Source of the DNA: Hypanus sabinus
Taxonomy: Eukaryota
Assembly: GCF_030144855.1 (NCBI RefSeq)
Contig: NC_082722.1
Span: 20,832,001 to 20,896,000, forward strand
Direction of reading: 5' to 3'
Length of the DNA stretch: 64,000 bases
Every line of letters starts with the position of its first letter. Position 1 is the first letter of the stretch. The notes beneath the pieces are model-generated. The model did no database searches, had not been told where the DNA came from, and saw nothing but the letters and a program-made list of their open reading frames with translations. A program made the position numbers and the translations under genes. Positions 1 through 11,079 of the stretch are shown piece by piece.

Positions 1-100
1 ATTACAATTCATTTATAACTTTCTTGCATTTCTTTCAAAATTGAGGATGATAATCATTCCTCGTAGCCTCGTGGAGCTGAGGGCGCCTTGTGGAGTTTCG

Positions 101-226
101 TTAACATGTGGGTATCATTATGCACCAGATATTACACGGTTTATTGAACACATATTCGATTTCATTGCAGATTGTGCAATACTGTATGGATCTTTGTTCG
201 GATTCGGGGTTAAATACTGCACATAA
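101..226 (-). CDS. Gene A exon 6, cytoplasmic tail with ITIM-like IQYCTI
   Basis: Phase-0 acceptor ttgttttggaaag gives LCAVFNPESEQRSIQYCTICNEIEYVFNKPCNIWCIMIPTC*; start of frame conserved in gene B (SYAVFNPDSQQ). Confidence 0.55.
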   Translation of the reverse strand, partial: LCAVFNPESEQRSIQYCTICNEIEYVFNKPCNIWCIMIPTC

Positions 227-3200
227 CTTTCCAAAACAAGATTTCGTTGCATTTTCAATTTTGCTTACGCTGTTGTAATCAATGTAACACATACTGCGAA
301 ATGATTCGTGCGTGTAACTGTATTTCGCCTTTCCCCACTAACCGTGATTCACGTAAGCCGACATTTGACATTTAAAACATCTCAGTCTGAGATATATACT
401 TAATTATTCTTCACACAAAGAATCATTAACAGCCTAATTACCATTTGTATATATTACCGTTCATCTTAATGAAACCGATTGAGAGCTGATGTGGAATCCT
501 CAAAGACTATAGGAAGCAGATTAAACAGGAATATTCAAATACATATTGAATCAATACTTCAAAATAATGAGTTATTGGGGAGTATCATTCTTTCCTACTG
601 CGTTCCAAATGTTAGAACAAAATTAATTTATAATATCTCTGCCATATGTATACGCCGATCTGAAAGAAGACAAACATTTCTCCTACCTGTTCTTCGTTCT
701 GACATTTGTCCAAAGAACTTGCGTTGAACCCTTAAGAAAAGTAAAATAAATTATTTGCATTGTAAACATTGGATTTTATTTGTTTGATACCAATCGAATA
801 CATCGCGCAAGAGGAACTGCTGAATTTACGGATCTTTTAGAAAGCATTTTGTGGTATCAGTTGTCTAAATACAGTACATCCACATCACGGCACTACGCTC
901 AAGAGTCTTTGACTTTTAATGAAGCTGTAAAGTGATAGTAGCATAGTAGCATAGGAATGGCCGGACTACATCTAAATACTGTCGGTAAAATGAAAAGTAA
1001 AATCAATGAGACATGCATGACTTCGTCAATGTTCTTCACACAGTCATAGTAACCATAGCCCAACGCGAAGATTTTTACGCTGCAAAATATGCATTCGCCA
1101 TTGTATTGAAAACGACATTTGAAGTATTCCAAAGGGATATATTGACATTTATAAACAAGATACAGCATGTAAATACAACTAATGGACTCGTGTTATTATT
1201 GCATCTACCGATCCCGCTTCTATTCTGCCTATTATTTATTTATGTAAGCCAGTACGAACATCTCAATCACTGTCTATTTTTTTACAAATAGAGATATTTC
1301 TCAGCGATGAGCGTCCTTACCGTGCGATTTCTTTAACTTGACTATCACCAAAACTATTATCAGAGCTAAAATTGTCGATCCGCCCGCTGCACATGCCAGA
1401 ATGAATTTTGTATCAGAGCCTTGTGAATCAAAAGGGGTAAACAAGAAACTGTGAAGCATTTATACATCTAAAAACAAACGCACACATGAGAATCAACAAT
1501 GTCAAATATTTTATAGGCTGCTTTCAAATCTCACTGCACAATATTGGAAAATATATCATAAAACAAGAAATGCAAATTCCCACATTTGTTATATCACGAT
1601 GAGATATAGAGTTTAAGTTTTGCTTTGTCACAACTTCTGCAAATGTTCAAAAGTTTGCTACCTTACAAATACTGCGCGGATTTAATTGCTTAATTTGTCC
1701 TACACGATTTAAACTAATGGACAAAACACGTTCGTTTTTTTTTATCACCTTTCACGTTGAATATTCACTGTCAATTACTAAGCTTCAAAATTGGTCATTC
1801 TTCCGTGTTTGCTTAGCTGTTCCTTCACAGTCCTTAACAAGTTCACATTGACCCCACCACAATGACTTATAAGCGTTCCATCTTATATTGAGCGAAAAAA
1901 AGTTTCTAAACATGCTGAAATACAGCGTAACACAGAAAATCCTGGAAGAACGTAGCCGATCAGGCACATCTAAAGTGTCGACGTCTACAGCCGGGATCCA
2001 AAAACATGACTTCATCAAGACACCATATTACCTTGATTCTGTATGTAGCTGAAACAGGCAGGCACTGTGAGGGAGACATGCGATACCAGACAGATGTAAA
2101 CATCTTTTCCTGCAGTAGACTGCGTGATTTCTAATAAACTGGAAGCTTCGTACAATCCATCCACGCTCCGCTTTGTCACACTCGGTAATCCAGTGCGAAT
2201 TTGGTTGTTATTTCTTTGCCAAACGATTTCTAATTTCTCCGGGTAGAAGGCAGCCGTTTTACAAAGGAGCTTTCGAGAAACCGAAAACCCTCCAACTGGA
2301 ACAATTTCCAATGGAGTTGGAGGAGCTTGAATAAAATCAAAGTTATATTAGGGAAAAGGGAAATGTTTACAATCCCCAACACAGGAAACGCAGGGCAGAA
2401 ATAGTAATAAATCCAGATGAGACAAATAATTTCAGAGCAAGTAGATTCCTTTATCTCCCCGCCAACTAGCATGACACTCTAAATATCAAATGACTTACCC
2501 ACCAGTACTAAGCAGTATTTAATAAATTCTTTCCATTTAACGTTCTGTTTATTGTTGCTCAAACGTACACATACGCACCACGAAGCGAAATACCGTTCTT
2601 CTGGGGCCAAGTTGCAAAATACAGTACAGTATATATAGTCGCACACAACATATATAGTTACCATCCAGCACAGACAGTCACAAAATAAGCAAAATACAAC
2701 AAAATAAAGTCCCCTTGGGAGATGGATGAAAGGAATAGGTCAGAGAATACACCTCGGCAGCGAAGCTAAGAGGTCCGAATTGAGGAAGACATTCTCTTTT
2801 GAATAGTATTTGAGCTTTATTGCACAGTTCGGTTTCCGGTGGCCCTTAGCTTTGGAAAGCTGGCTACTTTTGGATTTTGCTTTTCGTATCAAGCCTGAGC
2901 TACAAAACCCAAAATATCACAGATTTCTATAGTACAAGTGCACATGGAGTCTAACATTCTGGTCGCTCAACTGCTTCGGAACTGTTCTAGTTCTTGGGGT
3001 TGAGCTTTCCTGTCTTAAACCCTCAGTAACGAAGCTTTCCCCGGACTGTGAACCATTCCTGCAACAGATCCCCCGTATTGAATGTGGCAAATCATCTCCT
3101 CCGTGAAACAACCAGGAACGCAAATGCAAATTGATATTAAGCGGATTGATTCTATTGGGGCAAATTAGGGTGCAGAAGTTCCCAGAACATGGCAAGGTAT

Positions 3201-5103
3201 CCCATCGGACCTCGTTGTACGATAATGCAGAAAGTGAAAAGGCCCCGTTAGAGGTATTCAGAATGTCCTTACTAGTGGATGATGTGCCAGAAGACTACTC
3301 TATAACTAAAATTTTAAACCATATGACGATTGGATATAGGAGCAGAATTATGTATGCCATTTGGCCCAATAAGTTTACACTGCCATTTCATCATAGCTGA
3401 TATTTTCCTCTCAGCCCGAATCTCATGCCTTATCCCGCAGCTGTTCATGCCCTAACCAATCAAGAATCTATCACCTCTGTTTCAAATATCCATAAGGACT
3501 TGGCCGCCATAGCTGCTGTGGCAAAACAATTCCCCTTATTCTCCTTTTCGAAAGGATGCCACTCTATTCTGTGGCTGCGTCTTCTGGTCTTATATTCACC
3601 CACCATAGGAGACATCATCTCTACATCCACACTATCAAGTATCTTCACGTTTCAATAAGGGTCAATGCGGTCGCCACGATTTTTTTCCCTGAAATTAGTG
3701 AAGATCAGCCCAGAGCCATAAAACCCTCTCATATGACTAGTAATTTAATTCTAGAATTCATTGGTCTGAACCTCCTTTGAACCTTCTCCAGTTTCAGCAC
3801 ATTCATTCCGCGATAAGGGGTATAAAACTTTTCACAATATATCGTGACCCCTCACCAGTGCTTTATAACGTCTCAAAATTACATCCTGGTTCTTCTATTT
3901 TAGTACTCTTGAAACGAATGCTGTTATTGCTTTGGTTTCCTCTCCACAGATTCAACCTGCAAATTAACCTGTATGGAATACTGCACACGGACTCCCAAGT
4001 CTCATGTTTTTGTGTTTTCTATCCGGTTAGAAAATAATCAAAACTTCCATACCCTCTAGCAAACTGCCTGAACACATACTTCTTGACACGGTATTCCTTC
4101 TGACACTTCTTTGCCTATTCTCTTATTTCCAAAAAACTACCTGCCTGTCCGCCTCTCCCAATATCGTCTGCAAGTTGTATTCAAAGTACCTTCGCGATAA
4201 TAAAGGTAAAGTCCAAAGGTATCACAAACTTTGGGCATGTTTAACTGGGAGATAGCTGATGAACAGGGCTGGACAAACTGTAGTGGGAAAGAATTTTGAG
4301 TAGTACGATACGATAAGCAGAATTAATTATATTATGCGCTTTAAAGGTGCCACATAAAATGTGATTAATTCTTCTGTTCTTTATAATTCTGAACTTTGAG
4401 CACCTGGACTGGGGGGTATTTAAACATGGAAAACAAATGTACTCCCGCGGTTTCCTTTATCAAGTTGAAATATTTTATCCTCATCACTAAGTTTGATGTA
4501 AAATGCACAGAGCTGAAAATCTCCAAACAACCACACTCACCAAATACAGTGAGCCTAGAGCCACTTCCTCTGCCGAGAAATCGTTCTTGAGTCTTTACTT
4601 CACAGGAATACGTTCCGGAGTCGGCGACTTTGACATCCCGGAGTACAAGTGTTCCAATTCCCCTTTCGGCAGAAAATTGTCTTCTGCTGTCCCTTTCTAA
4701 ATATGTCTTCTCGCCGTCCCTCCACCAGCGAACATCAACATATTTTTGTGATGGTGGAAATGTGCACTGCATGGTAACGTTCGCACCTTCCCGGACGGCC
4801 AGGACCGGAGGGAGCTGAAGTAGTCCGCACGCAGTTACTTTGGTGGCTGCCGGAAAAATAATCAAGATTATTTATAACAGTTAAACACAATGAATTAACA
4901 AAATCGAAAGACGTAAGTCACAGGACATCGAAGAAACAAAAACGGCCGAATAGGTGAAACGTGTACACAAATATGCCGCGGACGCCCAGAGTTAAATATT
5001 GTATAAGAGAATATTCAGTTCGGAAGCGACGGGAATAAATCAGCATACTCAGCCATGTAATAGCATGAAGTGTGATGTACGAAACCGTGAATTTACCCGA
5101 CAT
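101..5103 (-). CDS. Gene A: non-rearranging VJ-C1-TM IgSF receptor (NKp30/SIRP/TCR-like), predicted 6 exons: 5049-5103, 4541-4846, 2032-2325, 1321-1419, 687-730, 101-226; 307 aa
   Basis: All predicted introns are GT-AG with consistent phases (1,1,1,1,0); 924 nt open to TAA at 101-103. Leader MSGKFTVSYITLHAITWLTTKVTA, V, C1, TM FILACAAGGSTILALIIVLVIV, tail ending ...EQRSIQYCTICNEIEYVF...IPTC. Exons 1-3 are firm; the TM acceptor and tail exons are less certain. Confidence 0.85.
687..730 (-). CDS. Gene A exon 5, cytoplasmic
   Basis: Acceptor ttttcttaag, (G)FNASSLDKCQNEEQ, donor CAG|gtagga; homologous to 63090-63133. Confidence 0.6.
1321..1419 (-). CDS. Gene A exon 4, transmembrane segment
   Basis: (G)SDTKFILACAAGGSTILALIIVLVIVKLKKSH(G); pyrimidine-rich acceptor ending cacaag, donor G|gtaagg; 99 nt phase 1-1. 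Confidence 0.75.
2032..2325 (-). CDS. Gene A exon 3, C1-set Ig domain
   Basis: LLCKTAAFYPEKLEIVW and YICLVSHVSL C1 hallmarks; acceptor ttttattcaag, donor G|gtaata. Confidence 0.95.
4541..4846 (-). CDS. Gene A exon 2, V-set Ig domain with in-frame J-like motif
   Basis: B-strand Cys (TMQC), C-strand VRWWR, F-strand DSGTYSC, G-strand LGRGSGSRLTVF; acceptor ccggcag, donor G|gtgagt. Confidence 0.95.
5049..5103 (-). CDS. Gene A exon 1, signal peptide
   Basis: ATG at 5103, hydrophobic MSGKFTVSYITLHAITWL, phase-1 donor A|gtatgc; homologous to 57389-57443. Confidence 0.8.
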
Positions 5104-5180
5104 CTTACAGAAACCTAATCGACTAATTCCTGCAATGCAAGTGGTATTTTAATGAATTTGCTGGAGGACAAGGTCTTCGT

Positions 5181-5229
5181 GAGGAAATGTATTAATTATG
5201 TAAACATGACGTAGGATCACGCCACCGCA
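5181..5229 (-). promoter_or_regulatory. Gene A proximal promoter motifs: ETS-like GAGGAAAT, CRE-like TGACGTA, RUNX ACCGCA
   Basis: 80-125 nt upstream of ATG; all three motifs retained in gene B at 57263-57311; function inferred only. Confidence 0.4.
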
Positions 5230-5769
5230 ATGCAGTCTAATGTGGTTCAGATTTACAATCTGCCTGAGCTGGGAGGAAAATAAGAAATTTTATAGTTCTA
5301 ATATTTTGCATGGCCTACCTAGTACTTTCGTGATAATGCTGGAAATTTTGCTGTCTTGCTGAATTCAGGTATTATCCAAATCTTTATTGAGATATAAATT
5401 CAAAACTGTACTCTACGCATTTTGATGGTAAGAAGAAAACCCGCTTAGGAGTTCAAAGATGTCTAATGGCGGACAAACTAATATCAAAATTTCTTAATTT
5501 CAATTTACATTTGCAGTTTTGCTGCATTTCAATCATATACCTTCAGTGAAATAGCACCCTGCTGGTTTCTCTCGTAAAGCAGTTGCACTCTTACGGCAAA
5601 AAGAGGTTTGAAGCCTCTTTTTGATTGATTGATTGCAGTGTAGGGGCGGGGTTACATGTAATTTAAATGCTGCAGATTTAGGAAACAAAATCTTTTAATG
5701 TGAAATCTTCGCGAATTAATTCCAGTGACAAATTTCAGGTTTTTTTTTCTCAAAGTAAGCGGCATAATA

Positions 5770-6065
5770 CTCAGGCAACACACACAAAGTGCTCGTGGAA
5801 CGCAGCAGGCCAGGTAGCATCTGTAGGAAGAAGTACAGTCGACGTTTGGTCCGAAGCCTTTCGTCAGGACTAACTGAAAGGAGAGATAGTAAGAGGTTCG
5901 AAAGTGGGTGAGCGAGGGGAGGTTCCGAAATGATAGGATAAGACAGGACCGGGAGGATTTAAGCTGAGAGTTGGAAAATTGTTTGGCAAAAAGGGATACA
6001 CAGTTGGAGAGGGAGAGGATCATGGTCCTGACGAATTTCCAGCATCTGCAGAACTCCTCGTATTT
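5770..6065 (-). mobile_element. Penelope-like terminal fragment, shared with right arm (about 56250-56590)
   Basis: Matches the Penelope terminal repeat seen at 19538, 20455 and 46830; degenerate hammerhead core. Confidence 0.6.
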
Positions 6066-7359
6066 CCACCCATTATACTCAGGTTCCTTACTCGCTGAAG
6101 TGACCAGCTCGATCGAAGAAATCAGCGAAAAGCAGCAGCAAATGTTGGCTGGGATAGAAATAAATACAGCGTATAGGACGTTCATCATGTAGAGAGCTTA
6201 GAGTTCAAACAGCAAGTTATTCCGTTTAATGATGACGGTGATTCGAGAGATACTGCGATAAAATCTATAAAGAGCGAATCGAGGAAGTCTCAAATGATTG
6301 ATTGCAGTTCCGAGGCTCCAATTTAAATCTAATAAACATGAGCAGTTGCGTTGCGGGAAATGCTGTTCATTCAAATATCTCCTGTATTTCCACAAAGTAA
6401 ATGGCAGACAATAGCACAGTCCATCGAGCAAGAAAATAAATTAACCTGGCAGGGCATAAATAGTCATTTATGCAATGACAACACTGAATATTCAAACCCA
6501 TTTTGGTTGGCGATGAAACAATACTTAGCTTCCATGAGCTTCCTACGAACGGAGTTAAGATTCTGATTACCATGTCAAACGCCTCGATATTTTGAACAGT
6601 TAAGTTTCCTAATTTCCACGAAGTGGTTGGGATTGTATGCTGTTTTCATAGGTGCTTTGTCAGCATTATTAAATTGTATCTCCTGTCCTCTCAGATCTGA
6701 AATTATGTAGCTGCTTGGGACCTAGTGCTGTTCATAATTAACACATATTTGTTTATTGGATCCCACCGAATGTAATTGAGTTCTTTTTGTTGAGGAGTTT
6801 AGCCGGGAGAGGATATGGATATTATGAACGTTATTTTGCTGTGGATGTGGAGACTATTCTATTGATAGACAGCTTAGTTTTACGTTACAAGCAATTTGAG
6901 ATGGTGAATACAAAGACCCATATGTAGCAGAAAACATTATTTCCAGAAGGTAAGTTTTCTGTTGAGATTTCTGCCCTGACTTTCAAATATTCTTTTTCTC
7001 GACACAGAAATGCTAAAGATGCGAGTACTGCGATTAGTTCCCCATGAACCACTCTCTGTTTTCCATTAGTCCATTCTTCATGGTGTGTAAGAATGGAACA
7101 GTTACTTGGACCAATTTTAATTACTTTAAAATAAGTTGGCTGATTAAAAACTGGCCTCGTTTGAGAACGGTTGGGATTGCAGTGGTAGCTCTTAGGTAAC
7201 AATTGAATAAGACTGCTGATACTTTTTTTTTTGTTTTAAGTTCTTTAGAGATAAATTCTATCTCTATATTTTCAACAGCATATATTTGTTCAGCGTTAAC
7301 TGGGGCGGAGAAGCACAGGAATGTATAAAACGTTTTAGAAACAAAAATAAACATACAGC

Positions 7360-7640
7360 ACAATGCACGCCCTCCGGCCCACAAGGTTGTGCCGAACATG
7401 TCCTTACCTTAAAAGTTACGTAGGTTTACCCATAGCCCTCTATTTTCTATGTAACTATCTAGGATTCTCTTAAAATACCCTATTATATCCGTCTCCACCG
7501 CCGCCGCCGGCAGCCCATTCAGTGCTCTGACCTCTCTCTGTGTAAAAAAAACTTACCCCTGTCATCACCTCTGTAGCTACTTCCAAACAGCTTATATCTG
7601 TGCCCTCTCGTGCGAGCCATTTACTCCTTGGCAGAAAGCC
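7360..7640 (-). mobile_element. CR1 LINE 3' fragment
   Basis: Reverse complement of CR1 ORF2 end and 3' UTR seen elsewhere in the window. Confidence 0.6.
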
Positions 7641-9779
7641 TTCCGTTATTTTTAAGCACTTAATTTATTGATTATTTATTTCAAATGCTTGAATACAATG
7701 ACAAACTCAGAAAAAAATCAAGATGTTTTTAAATGTTGAGCAGAGCTCTGGTTAGTACAAAGTATTGACTGCAAATCTAGATTTCTAATTTATAACACAA
7801 TTTTATACCCCAGACGCGATAATCCTTTATAATATCGCGCCTTTAAATGCGTCTGCCTTCATTACAAACATATTCCGAAATGTTTTCAACAAAGTTCTTT
7901 TAGGATAAACGTTTCAACTGAATGTTCATTATTCTTTAATGGATAAAAAGGAGCTTAATTGGAGTTAGTTGACTGCAAAATTAAAGCTATTGTTTTCTAC
8001 TACTGTGTGGAAGACATAGGAAACACTTAACAAGCGTCTACCGTGAAAAATAGCGTGAACTCTTCAAGTTGCTAATTTTTCACGATGGCATGAAGAGAAC
8101 TGATCTGCATTTTCCTCCTTTCAAATAAGGTTCCCAATGTTTTCTGCTTAATTTCGGATTGCAAACATCTGCAATGATGTTTAATTACCCTGCGTTAATT
8201 ATCCTGCTTTTCAATTAATGATCTAACGATATTGGACGAATACAAAGCGACATGACTTTACTTCCCACTTCATTCGAGTCTTTAAAAGTATCGTTGAAAT
8301 CTTCAGATAAAAAGGCAACTCTCGACATTGCAACTTCATGTAGTGTTGTCCACCTTTTCCTTGTTCCCTTAACACTGTTTGAAATATAAAATGAACGAAT
8401 ACAGCACAGGAATTTGACTTTAGGCCAAGTGGTCTATCCCGAACACTATGTCAATTTAAACTGAATATCTACTAGCTGCGGTCACTCATTTAATTAATCA
8501 GGAAGGAAAATGTTTTCCCCCGGCATCGGTTTACAAACTCCTTTAATCTACAAAGTAATTGTTTTCCAATCAATGTTCTCAGAGAATGACTGACACATAC
8601 ATATCAGCTATTTAGCTGTTTTTAAGAATTGTATTGTGGTTTTATTTCCAGAATGAACATGCCACAGAAACAGGACGGATAGACATTGCAGCATAACTTT
8701 AAAAACATCCAGCTGACAGAAGCAAGACATCAAATAAGTTACTTAAATTAAACTTATTGATCTACTGTTAAGCGTCGTTTGATATCACGAGCTGTCTACT
8801 ACATACAGGTTTCAGAGAGATGAAGTCTGACCAGAAATTTTCCATGATGTCACCAGCAGAGTCGCGAGTGCAATTCTATTTTCAGGTGGTGTATTAGTTC
8901 TCATAAACACTAAGTACAAATGCTTCCTTGTTAAACTGACAGATGGATTAAAATTCTATTCCGAACATATTTCTATAGAAAATTTGCAGAAGCTGGTATG
9001 CAAATATTCGTATTGGTGAATTATAAACAGGAAGTGAATATATATCTGTCTTGAGATGATATGAAACTTCATCGCAGCTGAACAAAAGAAGCTGGACTTT
9101 CAAATGGGCAGATAAAGTAAGAAATGAAAACACAAGAATGCACTCTCTTCTTTCGATGTTAATTTAATTGCTTGGATTCATAATTCATGAATGTGGGTTT
9201 AGAAGTACAGAAACACAATTCTGAGAAAAGAAGGAAAATTGAAGTATTAATTTTGCTGATCTACTTGTACATGCTTACATGATTTGCTGGATGTTCTGTG
9301 CATTCGACATTCAATAGTCCAGCAAGGTGGATCATTAATCTTTTTGTTATCTATTCTATTAGGGTATTTAATATACCTTGAATATGCAATTGTATTCAGT
9401 TGCTCATTCTACCCTATAAGGTTCCAGATTCCCCCACAGGTGTAAATGATCCGCGAGATGAGTATGTCATTTGGAACAACTTTCTACTGCTGAGGCAGCA
9501 GACGTGAAAGAAGGGTTGGAGAGGTCAAGCTAGGCACAGATGCTGGAGGGTGATGAGCAGAAAGGAAAAGGTTAGGGCTCTGGAATCTAACAAATAATTG
9601 AGCGAGATAATGAGGACAATTAGAGGATAGGCAAAAGGCTGATTGGGCCAGGGCAAGTTGGGGGAAGGGGAAAGCTTTGTGTGAAATGAGTGTGTCGTGG
9701 ATGGATGGAACCACTGGGTAGCAAAGTTTTTCGAAAACGTTGCTTCTTGAGATGTGGATGAGATAAACTGCTTATTCAT

Positions 9780-10895
9780 AAAGTAGGCTTATTCAGAAAG
9801 TCAAAAGGCATGGGATCCAGGGAAGTATGGCCAAGTGGATTCAGAATTGCCCTGCCTGTAGAAAGCAGAGGGTTGTGGTGGAGGGAGCTCATTCAGAATG
9901 AAGGGTTGTGCCTAGTAGTGTCTGACAAAGATCTGTTCTGAGACCTCAACTATTCGTGATTTTTATTAACGACATGAATGTGGGGGTAGAAGGGTAGTTT
10001 GGCAAATTTGCAGAAAATACAAAGGTTGGTGATGTTGTAGATAGTGTTGAGGATTGCCGAGGAATACGGAGAGACATTGATAGGATGCAGAAGTGGACTG
10101 AGCATTGGTAGATGGAGATCAGCCCGGAGAAGTGTGAGGTGGTACACTTTGGAAGGACAAACTCCAAGGTAAACTCCAAGTGCAAAGTAAATGGCAGGAT
10201 ACTTGGTAGTGTGGAGGAACAGAGGGATCTGGGGGTATATGTCCACGGATCCCTGAAAGTTGCCTCACAGGTAGACAGGGTTATTAAGGAAGCTTATAGG
10301 GTGTTAGCTTTCATAAGTCGAGGGATAGAGTTTAAGAGACGCGATGTAATGATGCAGCTCTTTAAAACTCTAGTTAGGCCACACTTGGAGTACGGTGTCC
10401 CGTTGTGGTCGTTTCAGTATAGGAAGGATGTGGAAGCATTGGAAAAGGTACAGAGGAGATTTACCAGGATCTGCCTGGTTTAGAGAGTATGGATTATGAT
10501 CAGAGATTAAGGGAGCTAGGGCTTTATTCTTTGCCGAGAAGGACGATGAGAGGAGACATGATAGAGGTGTACAGGATATTAAGAGGAATAGACGGAGTGG
10601 ACAGCCAGTGCCTCTTCTCCAAGACATCACTACTCAGTAGAAGAAGACATGGCTTTAAGGCAAGGGGAGGGAAGAACAAGCGGGAATGTTTTTCACTCAG
10701 TGAGTGGTTGGTGCGTGGAATGCATTGCCTGAGTCAGTGGCAGATACACTAGTGAAGTTTAAGAGACTACTAGACAGGTATATGGAGGAATTTAATGTGG
10801 GGTTTATATGGGAGGCAGGGTTTGAGTGTCGGAACAACATTGTGGGCCGAAGGGCCTGTAATGTGATGTACTATTCAATGTTCTATGTTCTATGT
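9780..10895 (+). mobile_element. CR1 LINE, 5'-truncated RT C-terminal part
   Basis: PEKCEVVHFGR, LVRPHLEY, LEKVQRRFTR motifs; (TTCTATG)n tail. Confidence 0.9.
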
Positions 10896-11079
10896 CATAT
10901 AAGCTGAATAGAAGGGTCATTTCACATTACTTGTATAAGGTAGAAAATTGGAGAAACGAGGCATAAACTTTTTTTTGAATATAAAGCGTTTAATTGTATA
11001 ATGGTAATGACACCTGGCAATAATTCAACTAAGCTAACATATTTTCTGAAGATTTCCGTTAATATTCAATGCCTGAGGC

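Noticed and set aside
2063-2069. CACTGTG heptamer in gene A
   Set aside because: Lies inside C1 coding sequence, is not kept in gene B, and has no nonamer
3131-3400. ORF conserved with 60105-60440, possible antisense gene in intron 2
   Set aside because: Matches CR1 ORF2 remnant; manual count gave about 3 synonymous versus 16 replacement codons, which looks neutral
5652-6188. 178-aa minus-strand ORF upstream of gene A
   Set aside because: Runs through a Penelope fragment; not open in the right-arm copy
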